This document shows positions 35,976 through 49,619 of a stretch of 64,000 nucleotides of DNA, one piece after another. Location: the NCBI RefSeq assembly GCF_000315625.1, contig NW_005434630.1:372001-436000 (forward strand), written 5' to 3'. Origin of the DNA: Guillardia theta CCMP2712 (Eukaryota; Protista; Cryptophyta). The notes beneath the pieces were generated by a model. It saw only the letters and a program-made list of their open reading frames with translations. It made no database searches and was not told the DNA's origin. The first letter of the stretch is position 1, and every line of letters begins with the position of its first letter. A program made the position numbers and the translations under genes.

Positions 35976-37609
35976 ATGGATGTCGATAACGTGATGAAGA
36001 AGACAAAGAAGGCTGGGAAACCTTCAGCATCCACTGCTCGGCATAACTCCTTGTTGTCATTCAACGATATCAGCCCCCTGTTTCATGATCATCATCCCCA
36101 GCAAGACATCAGAGCCCGGGGTCTCGGCAGAGGATCCCTTGACAGAAGTTTCCCTCCTGCATCTCCAAACATTCGACTCCGTCCGATGAAACGCACAGAT
36201 TACAAGCCGAAGCTAGACCAGCTGGTAGGGTCGTCGACCCTTGAAGAATGCTTCCCGAACCAGAAAAAGGCCATGGCTCTAGCCATAGGTAAGCTCTCAT
36301 TGAAGTTTTTTGCTGCTGTCCTTATACTCTTCTTTTCCTTCTCTCTATCTTCTTGCTTGCTGGCACGTCTTTCCCCTTGGAACCAGCGACGCAGCGGAAA
36401 GAAAGCAAACCTCAATGTCTTATCGGCGGATCAAGGTCCTGGGTAAGGAGAAAGCGCGCAGTCAGCGTGATCCTAAGGTATGAAGAGCTTCGCTGCACCA
36501 TCCTGTCACTGAAGCATCTTTGCAATCGCCGGATTCAGCCCCCGAGTTCAGAGCCCTCTCGGGAGGAGTGCCGGCCTTGGAACGTGGAAGAGCACGAGCG
36601 AAAGAGTCTTGATGGAGAACACCTCTCCAGTCAAAGACAAGAGCGAAGCCGAGGCATTTCCAGCAATGATCTCCCCTCTCCTTGCTGACTCTTCTGACGG
36701 TAGAGTCCCATCCTTGCAAGCGTGATCGGCAGCAAAGGGTTAATGGAGTTGGAAGACTCGAGCGATTCTACAGACTCGAGGCATTCGGAGGCTCAGTCAC
36801 GACGTGAGAGCATCAAGTCCGACGAGCACAGCATCGGTTCTTGCCCGTCTTGTTTGTCCTCCAGGGTCGACGTTGACCTTGCTCAATCTGCAGGAAAATC
36901 CTCTCCTGGCCGTAGCGTCAAGCGCGATTCATCCTTCCTTGGGTTGAACTCCACCGTGCAGCCCAACTCTTCTTTTGATCCCGGGATTGTTCCTCCGCAA
37001 ACTGCAAGCTGGGAAAGTTCAGGTGGAGGGTGGATGTTGTGCCTTGAAGCGGGTTGTAAGGGAACCTCAGGATGGTTCTCACGTGCGGCGTCTCTTGAGA
37101 AGCACACAGATCAGCATCTGCTGCCACCCGCGTTGAGGTGATGACAGCGTTGAGCGAGACTGTCTTTGCTCCTTTGATCGGTTGTCAGACATGGGCGAAC
37201 TCATCCCGCAACACCTTGCAAGGACTTGGAATTGTGCGAAAGTGCTCCTGCGTGCTTCTTCTGATGAGATTGCTCAGACTGGGAATTAGAACATACTTCA
37301 ATGGAGCAAGGCGTATCTATGGAAGAGGTATCACTTGTTGGATCGAAAACACAGGAGCTAACTTTGTGACGTACAGCAAAGAGTAGCAGGTGTGATTGTC
37401 ATGTGAATGGGGCTTTGATGACGCGAGCTCGTGATCGCAGTTCCATGCACAACGACAAATCTTATTTTTTCAATCCCTTGATCTTTGAAAGCCAGAGCCT
37501 CGTCGACGTTGAGCGCGAGAGGTGTTGGATCTCACCTCCGACTGTTCTCTATGATGACGAAGCTTCTTCATACAGGAGTGTCATCCTTAAGCTCGCCAAG
37601 GCGAAATAG
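35976..37609 (+). CDS. Multi-exon Ser-rich hypothetical protein
   Basis: ORFs 35976-36446, 36353-36688 and 36722-37141 are separated by ~50-nt GT-AG introns. The probable end is ...VILKLAKAK*. Confidence 0.45.
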
Positions 37610-37731
37610 TTTCACTACCAGCAGTTTTCCATGTACATGTGTCCGGTATATCCCACTTCGCTTGCGTCTCCTGTATAATTTTGTGGCAACTTCTGAAAAT
37701 TACATTCTTACAAAACAACACTGTACAATCT

Positions 37732-39722
37732 CTACAAATCCAACAGGAATAACTCGAGATAATCTTCAATGATATCCACTCGCTCCCGCAACAAAGCATA
37801 CTCCAGAGCATCCTTTTGTACCTGGAGGGGTATGTCACTCTGCTCGGCAATATCATCGTCTCAGATTGCACAGTACCTTCCCTTCCTCTACCGGTTTGTT
37901 CGTCTTGACCTGGAGGTAAAGAGACCTGTCGATTCTTGTCCTCTGCTCGAATCTCAGCAGCTCAAGCTCGTTCTCATCCTCACTATTGGAGCTTTCATCT
38001 ACTTTCACGTCACCTCTCCCACCTCCTCCCGCCTTGTCCTCGGGCTTTCCATCATGCATCTCAACGTTGAGATCCTGTTGATCCCAGCTGGCTACTCCCT
38101 CTGGCAGGGGAGGAGCATTGGGCGAAGAAGCGGTCATGTAGCACTCGTTGAGGAAGCTGTCCAGCATGCCTTCAACGTCCTTGACTTCCGTGTAGTACGA
38201 TGGAGCCGTGTAGAAGCTCCGAGTGTCACTGCTCGTCCTCCGGACAGGCGGGTTAGAGCACGAGTCTCCCTCAGTCTCTCCGACCCCGTTGGTTGCGACA
38301 CAGCCGTCAGGAGCAGACGAGAGTCTCCACCTTGCGAAGAACGAATTCCTGTTGTCGGGTATCGGAGGCCGGGGTCGGTCGGAGGCTTCGTCGTGTCGCC
38401 CTTCATGGTCCGGCTGCTGGCTCGTGGCTGTCACTGCTTCGTTGCTCGCAACAACCGAAGGAACGTGCGGCTCGTACATCTTCCTCAGCTTGCTCAGGTG
38501 GAATTCCTTGACCCGGCACTTGGGTTCGGTGAAGGCAACTTTGATCAGACCATCGGCATCCACGTGCTTCAGAGCCGACTTCTGCAAGATCACCAGGGCC
38601 TGAGTTGCATTCTCGGCCCGGGACAAGTCGCCCTCGAAGATTTTGAGCAGCGCCAACGTAGCACGGAACAGGACACTCGACCCATCGTAGAAGAAGGCAT
38701 CCCAGATCCTGAATGTCACGTGCAGCGGCAGGCAATTCACGAAGATGCACAGAAACCACTGCATCGTGACAACCTCCCAGTCCGCCTCCAGAGTCTGCAG
38801 CAGCCTGGAGGTGTCCGGCAATCGCTCGCAGACGAGATGGTGCAGGCACATCTGGTCGGTGAGACAGTGATGCATGCTGTGCGTGTAGTAGTTCTCTGGT
38901 AGGATCTGTCGCAGGATCACGTCCAACGACCAGAAGGCCTCTTCCTCGTTGACATAGAGAAGCAGCATCCCGACGAGAAAGTTCAAGGACTGGCAGTATC
39001 CAACCCGAGGGTTGTGGATGGAGTAAGACACGAGCACGCGCCTCAGTGCTGCAAGCCCATCCACGCTCTCAAACATTCTGTGCCCCGGGAACGTCCTCCT
39101 GAGATCTTTGTCGATCTCTTCCTGAGCTATGGAGCTAGTGTCCGAGGACACTTGTCGCTTCACGAGCTCTTCGTAGTGGCCGTCTGGGAACTTCCTTCTC
39201 ATGCTGTTCAGATCTATCAAGGCAGGCCAGATCTTAGGTCGCAAGTCTCCTGGGATGCCACTCCGAACAAGCTTTTGTAGAGCTCGAGACCTCTGGATCT
39301 GAGGGGAAACAGGTCACATTGATACTCATCATTAGCAACCCACGATCACCTGACGGCGATCCACGATTTGCTCCATGTAGACATCCCATCCACGATGATG
39401 CTGTGAATCCTTGACAGGTGTTTCCCCGATGGTACTCTCTTCCGTGCTCAGAAACCCATATGAATCCCATCGTCTGCTCGCTTGCATACTGTAAACAGCA
39501 GGGCAAGATGATGGAAGACCGAGCAGGGAGGATAGGGATGAGGGAGGGAAGGGAGAGAAGGGATTGGGAAGGGAACGAGAGGGAAAGGAGCGGAAGGAGG
39601 GAGGAGGGAGGAGAGAGGAAGATGAAGGAGTCAGGGGAAGGGAGGAAGAGGAGGAAGAGAAAGGGGAGGAAGAGGTTTGACGTTGACCAGGCTATGTCTA
39701 ACCTCGCGCCCTCTCCCTGCAT
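37732..39722 (-). CDS. TBC-domain Rab GTPase-activating protein
   Basis: WDSYGF, LVRSGIPGDLRPKIW, IDKDLRRTFP (R finger), VGYCQSLNF (Q finger), EEEAFW, QWFLCIF and RIWDAFF. Last exon VQKDALEY...LLDL*. Confidence 0.92.
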
Positions 39723-39844
39723 GACACTCGGCAACAGGGGGCGGCCATTTCCCGGTCGGGGGCTGAGGAGTCGCAACAGTCTGATTAATAACTGTTTGTA
39801 ACGATCTACCGACTCGGAGTGGTCAAATGCAAGGTCAAACACAC

Positions 39845-39920
39845 CTCAGTGGAGGCGCCGGGCCGGGCCGGGCCCGGGCGCCGCGCGGCATCTGAGTACC
39901 TCCTGGTCCTGGAGTCCGCC
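39845..39920. promoter_or_regulatory. GC-rich island (copy 5)
   Basis: CTCAGTG...(GGGCC)n GGGCCCGGG...CTGAGTAC. Confidence 0.45.
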
Positions 39921-39969
39921 GATCTCTACCCAAAGTTAAAAAAGTCAACTTTGAAATCAGAAAAAACCT

Positions 39970-40270
39970 TTTACTCAAAGTTAAGTTAAAAATGAGTACA
40001 AAAAAAGGCTTGGCAGTTGGGTCACACTACTGTCAGCTTCCAGGCTCTACTCTGGTGAGTCTCCTGATCGTACTGATCTTTTTAACTTAACTTTGAGTAA
40101 AGGCCTGATTGTCGGTGGCAGGTACTGAGGTTTAACTTAACATTGAGTAAAAGATCATTCCCGGGGGCCGCGCCAGTAGTAACGAGCATTTGCTGTAACA
40201 GGGTCAAGCCTCCTCGACTCTCCTTATTGGGCCGTCCTCGTACTGATCTTTAACTTAACATTGAGTAAAA
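39970..40270. repeat. Four copies of ~30-bp GTACT..TTTAACTTAACWTTGAGTAAA (one inverted, three direct)
   Basis: 39970-39992 is the perfect reverse complement of 40079-40101. Further direct copies lie at 40122-40152 and 40240-40270. Confidence 0.9.
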
Positions 40271-40449
40271 CAGCTCTAACGAGTTTTATAATCTTTCGGG
40301 GACACAAATTGCAGACCTTGATTTTTGCCGTTTTCTTGATTTTCGGCAAGTTTTCTTAGGGTTAGGGAAATTAATAGGGTAGGGGTCCATCGCTTTTTGA
40401 TTTGTCCCGGTTGCTTCATAGCACAAAGCAGTCAAAGTATAGGGTAGGG

Positions 40450-42738
40450 GTATTTGGAGATGTGGTGGGGGTCTATTTACTGCCGAACAATGGCGCGCGG
40501 TAGTCGCAGGAAAGCTGATGATGAGGATGTAGCTTGATATTTTAACATGTTTCTTGCACTTGAATCACAACCAAGATCATTCTAAAAGTATATGACTCAC
40601 GAGAAAGTTGTAACATCATGAGTTATTCATCATGTTGTAATATGAAAATGTGATTTGGTCGCCTCGCCAAACTCATGAACCCTAAACCCAAAGATGGCAA
40701 TGGAAGCATGTTGAGTGTGTTGAACACTTCATTCGATTGCATTTTCATATTATGAACATATTGCAAGCATGTCGAAGTTCATCAAACTGATTCAACAGTT
40801 CTTTTTGTCATCGGTAATCATTGTCGATTCGTACTGCATTTTCTTCTCTACATTCTGAATGCGATGAAAGATCATTCAAGTGCACTAATCCCCACCTGAA
40901 CCGATGTTTTACACTCTGTTGAACCTGTCCAAGTCAGAGATAGTTGAGTGTAGGCTTATTACACAACGACAAATGGACTTTTTATACAGTTTTTCTGCTT
41001 GTAAATTCCTGACACAACGAATTCAGACCGAATGTCAGTGTGAATAGACTGGAATCATGAAGCTGCACAACGCTCAAACCCTTATGATCTCGAAATCTAT
41101 ATCTATGACTGACAATTCCTTTCATTCTCTTGCGTATTGTACCTTGTTTGTATTTCTCGCTCATGATTTTGTTGGGATTGTCTGCTAAATGTGAATTTCC
41201 AACATTGGATCGGTTTACATTGTTCATGATTTTGTTTCCACATTTATGAACCAAAACCAGAGAGCAACCATCTTCAATCATCTCAAGGAAGCACATGCAA
41301 AGCATCACGAGCCTCGACAATGGGAAAATGCTTCAATTTTGCATTACGAAACTATTTCGTTGACCTCCCCTCTTCGACACATACTTGCAATTATGCTAGA
41401 GTGACAACATGGAACGTCAAAGAATTTAAGAAAATCTGAATCAGAATCATACAAGAGGTGATCACCTTTGTATTCTAGATGGTTGCGTTGGTGGTTCATG
41501 ATCAATTGCGTCCGCAAATGCATGATTTGGAAGGGGCCTCTTTTTCACCTTCTGCAACCAAGTTTGACGCGAGGTCTGAATAAAACACCTGTCCGCGTTC
41601 AAACTCGGCGGCTCTGTCACAGAAAGTCTACTCCACGCATCAAACTGCAATGGTAGACATAGTTTTAGGTGTTCATCATTGGGATTGACAAGTTTCTTCA
41701 CAAGTTTCAAGAATACTGTTCGAAATTCAAGCGTGGAAGTGGAGTATTATCTCCATGTTTGCTGTGATAGCAGCTTTCTTTCAGATACGAACTGAGTTCC
41801 AGATGCCTAAATCGAGTTCCATGAGTCGAGCAATGAATATCCGAGTGAACAACTGGAGTTTCCTACATGAAAAGCCTGGGCAAACCTCAGTTCCAACATT
41901 CCTGCACTCGTATCAACACCAACATTCGCGAGCCCATGAAAGCATCATATTCTCACCTCAATATGAATTATCCATGTGTAAACAAAGGCTTCCAAGTACC
42001 ACATTCATTGACGGTTGAAGTGGGCATCCATAGTTCTCAATGTTGAACTTGTCATCGAAAAAATCCTTGCGATTGTCAGTTTGTACATTGACAGAACATG
42101 ATGAAAAATCGCAGTTTCAGTGGGATTAGGCAAGTGAAATCTCACAAAAGGAAGGAGACGATATCGTCATGACACTGACGTTAGGTTCAACTCGTTTTTA
42201 GATGCCTACTTGATGAGCATGACAGAACTAGCGAGGACTACATAGCAAATTGTGAATTTCCTTCCACAGCACAAACTCGAAGATTCCTCCGGCACGGCAG
42301 CTCAATCCGTCTCCAAACCAACTGTCTATTGGAGGGGTGTCCATGAAATACCAAAACAACCCAGACTTCACCGCTCCCCGTGAAATCTTCCCCAAACGCC
42401 ACATCAAAATATGCAGAAAAAAGCAAATTTTGTGAATTTGCTGATTTCGATCGCACAAAAAACAATGAATATAGCTCTGATGATCCAGTTTTCACTATCT
42501 GAAGTTCGATTAGGTACCTATGATTCAATTCTAGTCCTTCATACAACCGTTTCACACTGCGCGACATGCCTGCAAGCACTTTCATAAATTGTTTGCAGCA
42601 CATGCTTTTCGATAACAAAACGGCGATTTCCCAGATTTTGTCATCTTCAAGTTGTCTTATCTCAGCAATGGATGGGTCTCTTCTTGTGCGGTTTTCATCA
42701 ACGGAACGTGCCCGTCCTCCTCTTTCGTATGCCACCAT
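40450..42738 (-). pseudogene. Decayed AT-rich intronless coding region (possible mobile or viral relic)
   Basis: ORF 42238-42738 is followed by coding-like fragments on the same strand broken by stops and frameshifts. GC is clearly lower than in flanking genes. Confidence 0.4.
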
Positions 42739-43618
42739 TTTCGCGCCCTCTCCGTTTCGGAAGATGCTGTATGAGGGTCTTCAAATCAGGGCCCTTTGGG
42801 GGGATTTGGGCCCCTCAAGGGGCCCTGTGTCCCCGAAAGATTATTGAGCGGCCGGGCGGACATTTTTGTCGAGGTAGTGCGAGAATGAACTTCCGCGCCG
42901 TGGGCCCTAAAACTCGGTTTATTATTGGTGGGCCTCATTTTGACTCTCTGAATTTACTCATCACGTTTGAGTGAAGGATGTTTGTACTGCAAGCAGTGCT
43001 TTTAAAAGTCACATCCCGGGCTATAATTCATCTATTATAAACATGTCAGCACTGACGATACCTGTGACAGCAGGGGTTGTGACCCGGTCATCTTTAAAAT
43101 AACGGTACAAATCGGTAAAGCCCGAGGGTTCATCGTGACTCTATCACACACCCCATTGCACTGTAGTAACCGTACCCGGAAGTTCCATGGACTACCCGGT
43201 ACTGTGTGCCTGTGACCACCCGGTAGTGCCTAGAACTAGTAGCGGTGCTGGTTCCAGTGACTACCCTATGACCAGGAGGTGACTAGTTTGTTTTTATATC
43301 GACTACTGTTTACTAGTTTGTTTTAGTTGGTTATACCAAACTGAGGGGTGAGTGATCACCCCCACCCCCTGTTTGACTGGTATCGAACCCCCAAGTGATT
43401 TTGCTGGTCCCCCGGGGATGCGAGCTCGTGTCTCTTTGACAATTTTTTTTAATGAAAGTGTTGCAATGAAGCGGCCCCTCGCATCGGGGCCCTCGAAATG
43501 GCATCTCTTCGGGTGTATGCCGAGTCGAAAAGTCATTTGTTCGTGACTACTTTTGCCCTGGGCACAGATACAAGTTGGGGGTGGGTACCAGTGGGAGCGG
43601 AGAGGGAGCAGCGCCGGC

Positions 43619-46205
43619 ATGGCGTCGTTCTTCAAGTCGTTCTTGGCTGACCAGGAGGAGCTAGGTGAGGATGCGATTGAAGCTGCTGCGCTCTTCCCCT
43701 TCGAATCCTCTCCTCAACCCCTCCTGTTCTCTTCTTGACCGAGATCCATGTCTGATATGCCCCCTGCTCCCTTGTCCCCTTCTCGTTTAGCTGATATGGC
43801 CCATGCTCTCTTTGTTCCCTTTTCGTTTGGCTGATTCATCACAAGTTCCCTGACTTTTGCTCTTCTTGTCTTTCACAGAGCAAGCTGAGCCTCTCAACTG
43901 GAAATGGTTGTGTACACCTCGTGTTCCCTGCTCGAAGCCCACAAAACCGCCCCCCTTCTACAAGATCAAGCAAGCGCTGCCATGGACGATTGCAATCATC
44001 ATGGGATTCCAGCATGCTCTTGCCATGATAGGAGGCATTGTTTCAGTGCCCCTGCTGCTCGCAGGTCCGTTCGATGGGAAGATGAAGATAGAAGAGAAGG
44101 AATACCTCATCTCCTGCGGCCTCATCGCATCGGGCATCTTGTCTCTGATCCAGGTAAGCCGGGCTGCTCGCCATGTCATGGCTGACTTTATCGCAGATCA
44201 CTCAGTTCAAGCTTGGAAACACAGGCTACTACCTAGGCACAGGGATGATCTCGGTGCTAGGAACTTCTTTCACCTTCGTCCCCATTGCCCGCTCCTCCAT
44301 GGCTTTCATGATGGCGTCAGACTCTAACATGCAGTGCAACTCGGATGCTGACTGCACCAGGGCGTGGGGAAATATTGCCGGGCTGTCCATCCCTGGAGTG
44401 AGCAACCCGGGCCAGTGCAACGTCCTCACTAACCGCTGCAAGTACAGCGGGCAGGAGGCGTACGGAGCGTTCCTCGGAACCTCCATGGTCTGTGCGTTCC
44501 TTGAGATCTTCTTGAGCTTCGTCCCTCGTGCCCAGCTGAGAAGAGCCTTCCCGCCCATTGTCACTGGAACCTGCGTGCTCCTCATCGGGGTCGGGCTGAC
44601 CGGGACTGGCATGAAGTACTGGGGAGGAGGAGCTTTCTGCGCCGACAACTACCACAAGAGGATGAGGGTCATGAGGGGGCCAAACATGGCGGGAGACTGG
44701 ACGCAGAAGTATCCCAGCAAGTCCCCATGCTTGAATGGGGCTTGCGTGCCCTTCAAGGGAGCGCTCGGAGGAATCTGCTCGTACGTGGCGCCCAAGTACG
44801 ATAAGGCAAAGAACCTGACGACCGGTGACGTCACGACCTGCGAGTCGTTCATGGACCTGCCCGGGGTGTTCCCAGCTCAGGATGACGTCAAAATGTCTTA
44901 CACCAAGTGCACCAACAACGGGCAGGTGGTGCTGCCCTTCGGGTCGCCGGAGTACGTCGGGCTCGGGTTTGCCGTGTTCCTGACGCTCATCCTGATCGAA
45001 GTGTTCGGGTCTCCCTTCCTCCGCAATTGCGAGGTGGCGCTGGCGCTGCTATTCGGCTTCTTCATCGCTGGGGTCGCTTCCTACGACAACAACGGGGTGA
45101 AGCAGTGGTTCGTGACCCAGGACAGGATCCAGAGCGCTCCTGGCATCACGTTCCTCTGGGTATACACCTTCCCTCTCTCCGTGTACGCCCCCGCCTTCAT
45201 CCCGCTACTCATCTGCTACATCATCACCACCGTGGAGACTATCGGAGACATCACAGCGTCAGCGGAAGCCTCTAGGGTGGAGACGGAGGGAGAGGTCTTT
45301 GACAGCAGGGTGCAGGGGGGGCTGCTTGCCGACGGGCTGTGCTCGCTCATCGCATGCTTGTTCACGGCTCCTCCCAACACGACTTTCTCGCAGAACAACG
45401 GGGTGATCGCACTGACGAGATGTGCGAACAAGAGAGCCGGGTACTGCTGCTGCGGCTTCCTCCTCGCCTTCGGCGTCATCGCCAAGATAGCAGCTATCAT
45501 CGCCTCCATCCCCGACTGCGTGCTCGGCGGCATGACGACTTTCCTCTTCGTCAACATCGTCGTGTCCGGTATCAAGATCCTCGGGCCTGAGATCGCCAAT
45601 CGCCGCAACCGCTTCATCGTCTGCTCCTCCCTCGCCCTTGGCATCGGAGTTGCCATCGTCCCCCAGTGGGCGACCAATGCGCTTGTCCAGGGAGGGTCCA
45701 GCACGACTGCCAAGTTGGCAAGGGACTCTCTTGTTATCATTCTCTCGACCCCCTACTGCTTCGGGACCCTCGCCGCCATCTTCCTCAACGTCGTCATCCC
45801 CTCGGACCAGGATGACCTAGAGGAGGAGGCGGAGGAGGACCAGCTCGCGGCCCACAAGCTCGAGGACGGCAACGGCGACGGCAAAGGCGTGCAGATGATC
45901 GCGATGACTGGCTCTTCTCCTGATGCCTCGGACTTGCATGCTCCTTCGGTAAGATGACTTGAGTCCCACCCTTGCTCCCCTCTTCCTCCCTCCCTCCCTC
46001 TCTCCCTTCTTCATCTCGCTCTTGGTCGCTTCACCCTCCCCTTCCCCTCTTGCTCTCCTCACCCAGTCTGCAGATCGCTCCTTCCTCCCAATCGGCTCCT
46101 GGCATGAACGTGGCTCCGATTATGCAACAGTCGTACCCGCCTGTGCAGTCTCCGACGCTCATGTACCCAATGATGATGGGGGCGAGTCAGGTGGGACAGG
46201 CGTGA
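43619..46205 (+). CDS. NCS2/NAT family xanthine/uric acid permease (UapA-like)
   Basis: TM1 MGFQHALAM, GTSFTF, FPPIVTG, ETIGDITAS, GGLLADG, NAT signature QNNGVIALTRCANKRAG and VLGGMTTFLF. Confidence 0.95.
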
Positions 46206-46339
46206 GTGAGAGAAAGGTTTAAAAAGGAGTGGGTTGTCATTGTTGTGTTGTGGTTTGGTTGTGAATAAAATCGTGTTCTTACTGGCAGTTCGTTTCCTCC
46301 CTCCTTACTCTCCCCCCCTCCCCTCAAGACATTCAGGTC

Positions 46340-49263
46340 TCATGTACTCCTCTTCAGCTCCCTGAGCTTCTCTCGCGCTATCCTCAGCATCCTCTTGAGA
46401 ATTTTCTTCTCCCCCATCCTCGCTCTGATCGCATTCCGCAAGTTCTCCGCGTCCGCCTTCCCAGACAGAATCATGTCGCACAATCTCGATGCTTCTCCAC
46501 CGTCTCCCCCCACTTGCCCCCCGTCTCCTCCCTCGCCCCCAACGCCAGCCCCACATGCTGAGAGTCCCTTGAGGATCGTCGCGTCGCGCGTGCTGCTCTC
46601 TGTGAAGGAGGAGAGGAGTAGGCGCATCTTCCTCTTCAAGAAGCTGTAAACCGCAATCTGCAACAAGTCAGGCTCCTGCTCCTGCTCCTGCTCCTCAAGC
46701 TACTCTGCCCTCGCTCCCTCCCCTCCTCACCTCGTTTGCGGTCGACACGACACCCTGCTGTAACCTGCTCGCCTGCTCCTCCTCATGCGAGTGAAGGTGG
46801 ATGGAACGGAGGAAGTGAAGAAGGGGAGGAGGGAGTCGAGACACCAGCTGCCGCAGCAGGTAAGTGCAGCACAGATAACTTCCTTGCCTACTCGGATGCA
46901 GGAGGAGAAGCTGGTGCGGAGGCCCCGGGACTGAGGAGGAGACGTCATTCAGAGAGGAGTCGGCAGGGGGCCTTACCTGCAGCAATCTTGACCTGGCCCT
47001 GCAGGATGATAGTTGCAAGGAGAACAGGAGGAGGTCAGGGAAACAGCAGGAGGGGGAAGAAGAGAGGAGAAGAGGCAGTAGTCGTAGAGGAGACGAGCAG
47101 GAGGAGGAGAGAGGAGGAGGAGATAGTTATGGTGGTGGAGGAGGAGGAGGAAGAGGAGGAGGAGTCGGTTTTCTGGGGAGGAAAGTAGTAGGAGAACGAG
47201 GATCTAAGAGTGCGCGGGAGGGGGGGCATACTGTTTCTCTTGCTGTGTGACGTTGAGATCGTCGACGGAGAACTGGAGGCTGCGGAGGAGAGGAAAGAGA
47301 ATGAGAGAGGCGAGCAGCGAGCGATGCAAGGACTGTAGAAGGGGAAGGGAGAGGAGAGAGGAGGAGAGAGGAGAGGAGGAGAGGAGAGAGGAGGAGAGGA
47401 GGAGAGGAGGAGAGAGGAGAGGAGGAGAGGAGAGAGGGAGAGAGGAGGAGAGGATTGAGTTCAAGTGGAAAGGAGAGGATAATACGGGAGAGCGGAGGGG
47501 GAGAGCAGGGGAGTGAAGTACGAGAAGAGAGGGCACGAGAGGGTAAGAGAGGAGAGGGGAGGGAGGAGGTTGAGCAGGATGCAATATTAGCATGCTCTCA
47601 CTGTCTGCAGTCGGTCGGGTTGACATCTGGGATGAAACCGAAGAACTGAAGGTACCTGGAAGAGGTTTCATCAGAATAGAAGACTGGATAGGAGGAGGAA
47701 GTGGAGGAGGAGGAAGTGGAGGAGGAGGAAGTGGAGGAGGAGGAAGAGGAGGGGATGGAGGAGGAGGAGAGGAAGGGGCAAAGAGGAAAAGGAGGAGCAA
47801 GAGGAGCGGAAGACTCACATATAGTTTGCATTGTCTCCATAAGACTCAACGATCATCCTGTCCTTGACAAACTTCCTGCAAGGACATGAGAGTGTTTTGA
47901 TCACTCTGACCTCTCCTCCCTCTCCTCACTCGCCTACCCGCCCCTGCCTCCACCCCCGCCCCCGCAAACCCCGTCCCCACCTCCTCCCCCTCTCACCGCC
48001 CCCAGTCCTCCTCTTCCACCACCACCACCACCACCTCCTCCTCCTCCTCCTCCTCCTCCTCTTCCTCCTTGCCTGTCTGCAAAGATCTCGGCATGTCCTT
48101 TCGTCCTGTCCACCTTTGGAAGCACAGCAACTGTTAGCAGGCAGAAAATAGATGTTGAAGACTTGCAATAAAAGAAGAGAAGACGGTCACAGTAGCGATG
48201 ATGGCAGAAGAAAAGAGGAAGGAGGAGGAGGAGGAGGAGGAGGAGGAGGAGAGATGTAGAGGTGGTCAAGAGAAAGTGGAATTGAGAAGTACCTGATGGT
48301 GTTTCATGAATACGTCCTGATGGTCTTCTGCTCCAAAATGTCAAACATCTCCTCCCTGCTCCCTGCTCCCTGCTCCCTGCTCCCTGCTCCCTGCTCCCTC
48401 TTTCATTCTCCCCTCCCCCAAAAGCTTATCCTCCTCTATCTTACGGCGCGACACGTCGGCATCATCAGGTTCATAGTTGACCTGAGAAATTCTCAGGATG
48501 GACCGAGAGGGAGAGGGAGAGGGAGAGGGAGAGGGAGAGGGAGAGGGAGAGGGAGAGGGAGAGGGAGAGGGAGAGGGAGAGGGAGAGGGAGAGGGAGAGG
48601 GAGAGGGAGGCAGACGAGGGAGGAGATGCGGAGGGGAGAGGAGGGGAGGGTAACGGCGATCGAGGTCGTAGGAGTTCAGACCATGTCCGCTAGAGGAATG
48701 AGATATTTGACTCCTTGCCTGTCGTCGTCCCAGAAGTTCAGGTCACAAGATGCGGAGGAAGAACAGGAGAAGAGGGAAGAAGCGAGAGCGGAGATGGAAA
48801 AACAGGAGGAGGAGGAGGAGGAGGAGGAGGAGAAGGAGAAGGAGAAGGAGAAGGAGAAGGAGAAGAAGGAGGAGAAGAAGAAGAGGGGAGGATGGGGCCG
48901 TTACAGTGTGAGCGCGCGGGAGTGGATATTCCATGCCGCCCACTTGTAGCGCTGAGAGAGGTCAAGTAAGCGGATGAGAGGAGGGTCGGAAATCACCTCG
49001 AAGTTGAAACAGGAGGAGCAGAACACGTTGGGATGTTTGTCCACCACCTCCCATAGGCTGTTAGTGGGCGGAGGGACCCCTCTCCCTTGCTCACAATCTT
49101 CATCATTTCCCACTCTCGCCGAGCTTGCGCCAAGTCGTCGTTGAGCATCTCCATCACTTGGCTCCCCTTCGGCACCGTGAAGGAGGAAGGAAACGAGGAG
49201 CAAGCAAAGTTAGCAGAGACGAATTTAGGGGACACAACAGGGTTGGGAGGTTGGACGGATCGC

Positions 49264-49351
<88 letters not shown>

Positions 49352-49560
49352 ATACCTTCAGCTCCTGACGCTCGACTTCGTTCCAGAAGATGGGAGCAGA
49401 GAAAGTCTTGGGGAGGATCTGAAGAGAAGAGTCAGGAGCCAGGAGTCGATGCTGCTGCTGCTCTTTGAAGGAGAGGGGGGTCAGAGGAATGACCTTGATG
49501 TAGGGAAGCCAGAAGGATGTCTCGTTGCTGTAGAAGAAGATAAGAAAGATCTCAGTCGGA

Positions 49561-49619
<59 letters not shown>

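Noticed and set aside
37769-38902. 377-aa plus-strand ORF
   Set aside because: Antisense shadow of the TBC gene with no motifs. The same applies to shadows over PWP1, NCS2 and the BIR gene.
39970-40270. CRISPR-like repeat-spacer array
   Set aside because: Only three direct copies with irregular spacers (~20 and ~87 bp) plus one inverted copy, no cas genes, and a eukaryotic context.
40352-40385. Interstitial telomere
   Set aside because: Only two TTAGGG units, better explained as part of the GGTAGGGGT patch class.
41760-42100. TGA recoding (selenocysteine or alternative code) in the AT-rich region
   Set aside because: TAA/TAG stops and frameshifts also occur nearby, so decay is the simpler explanation.
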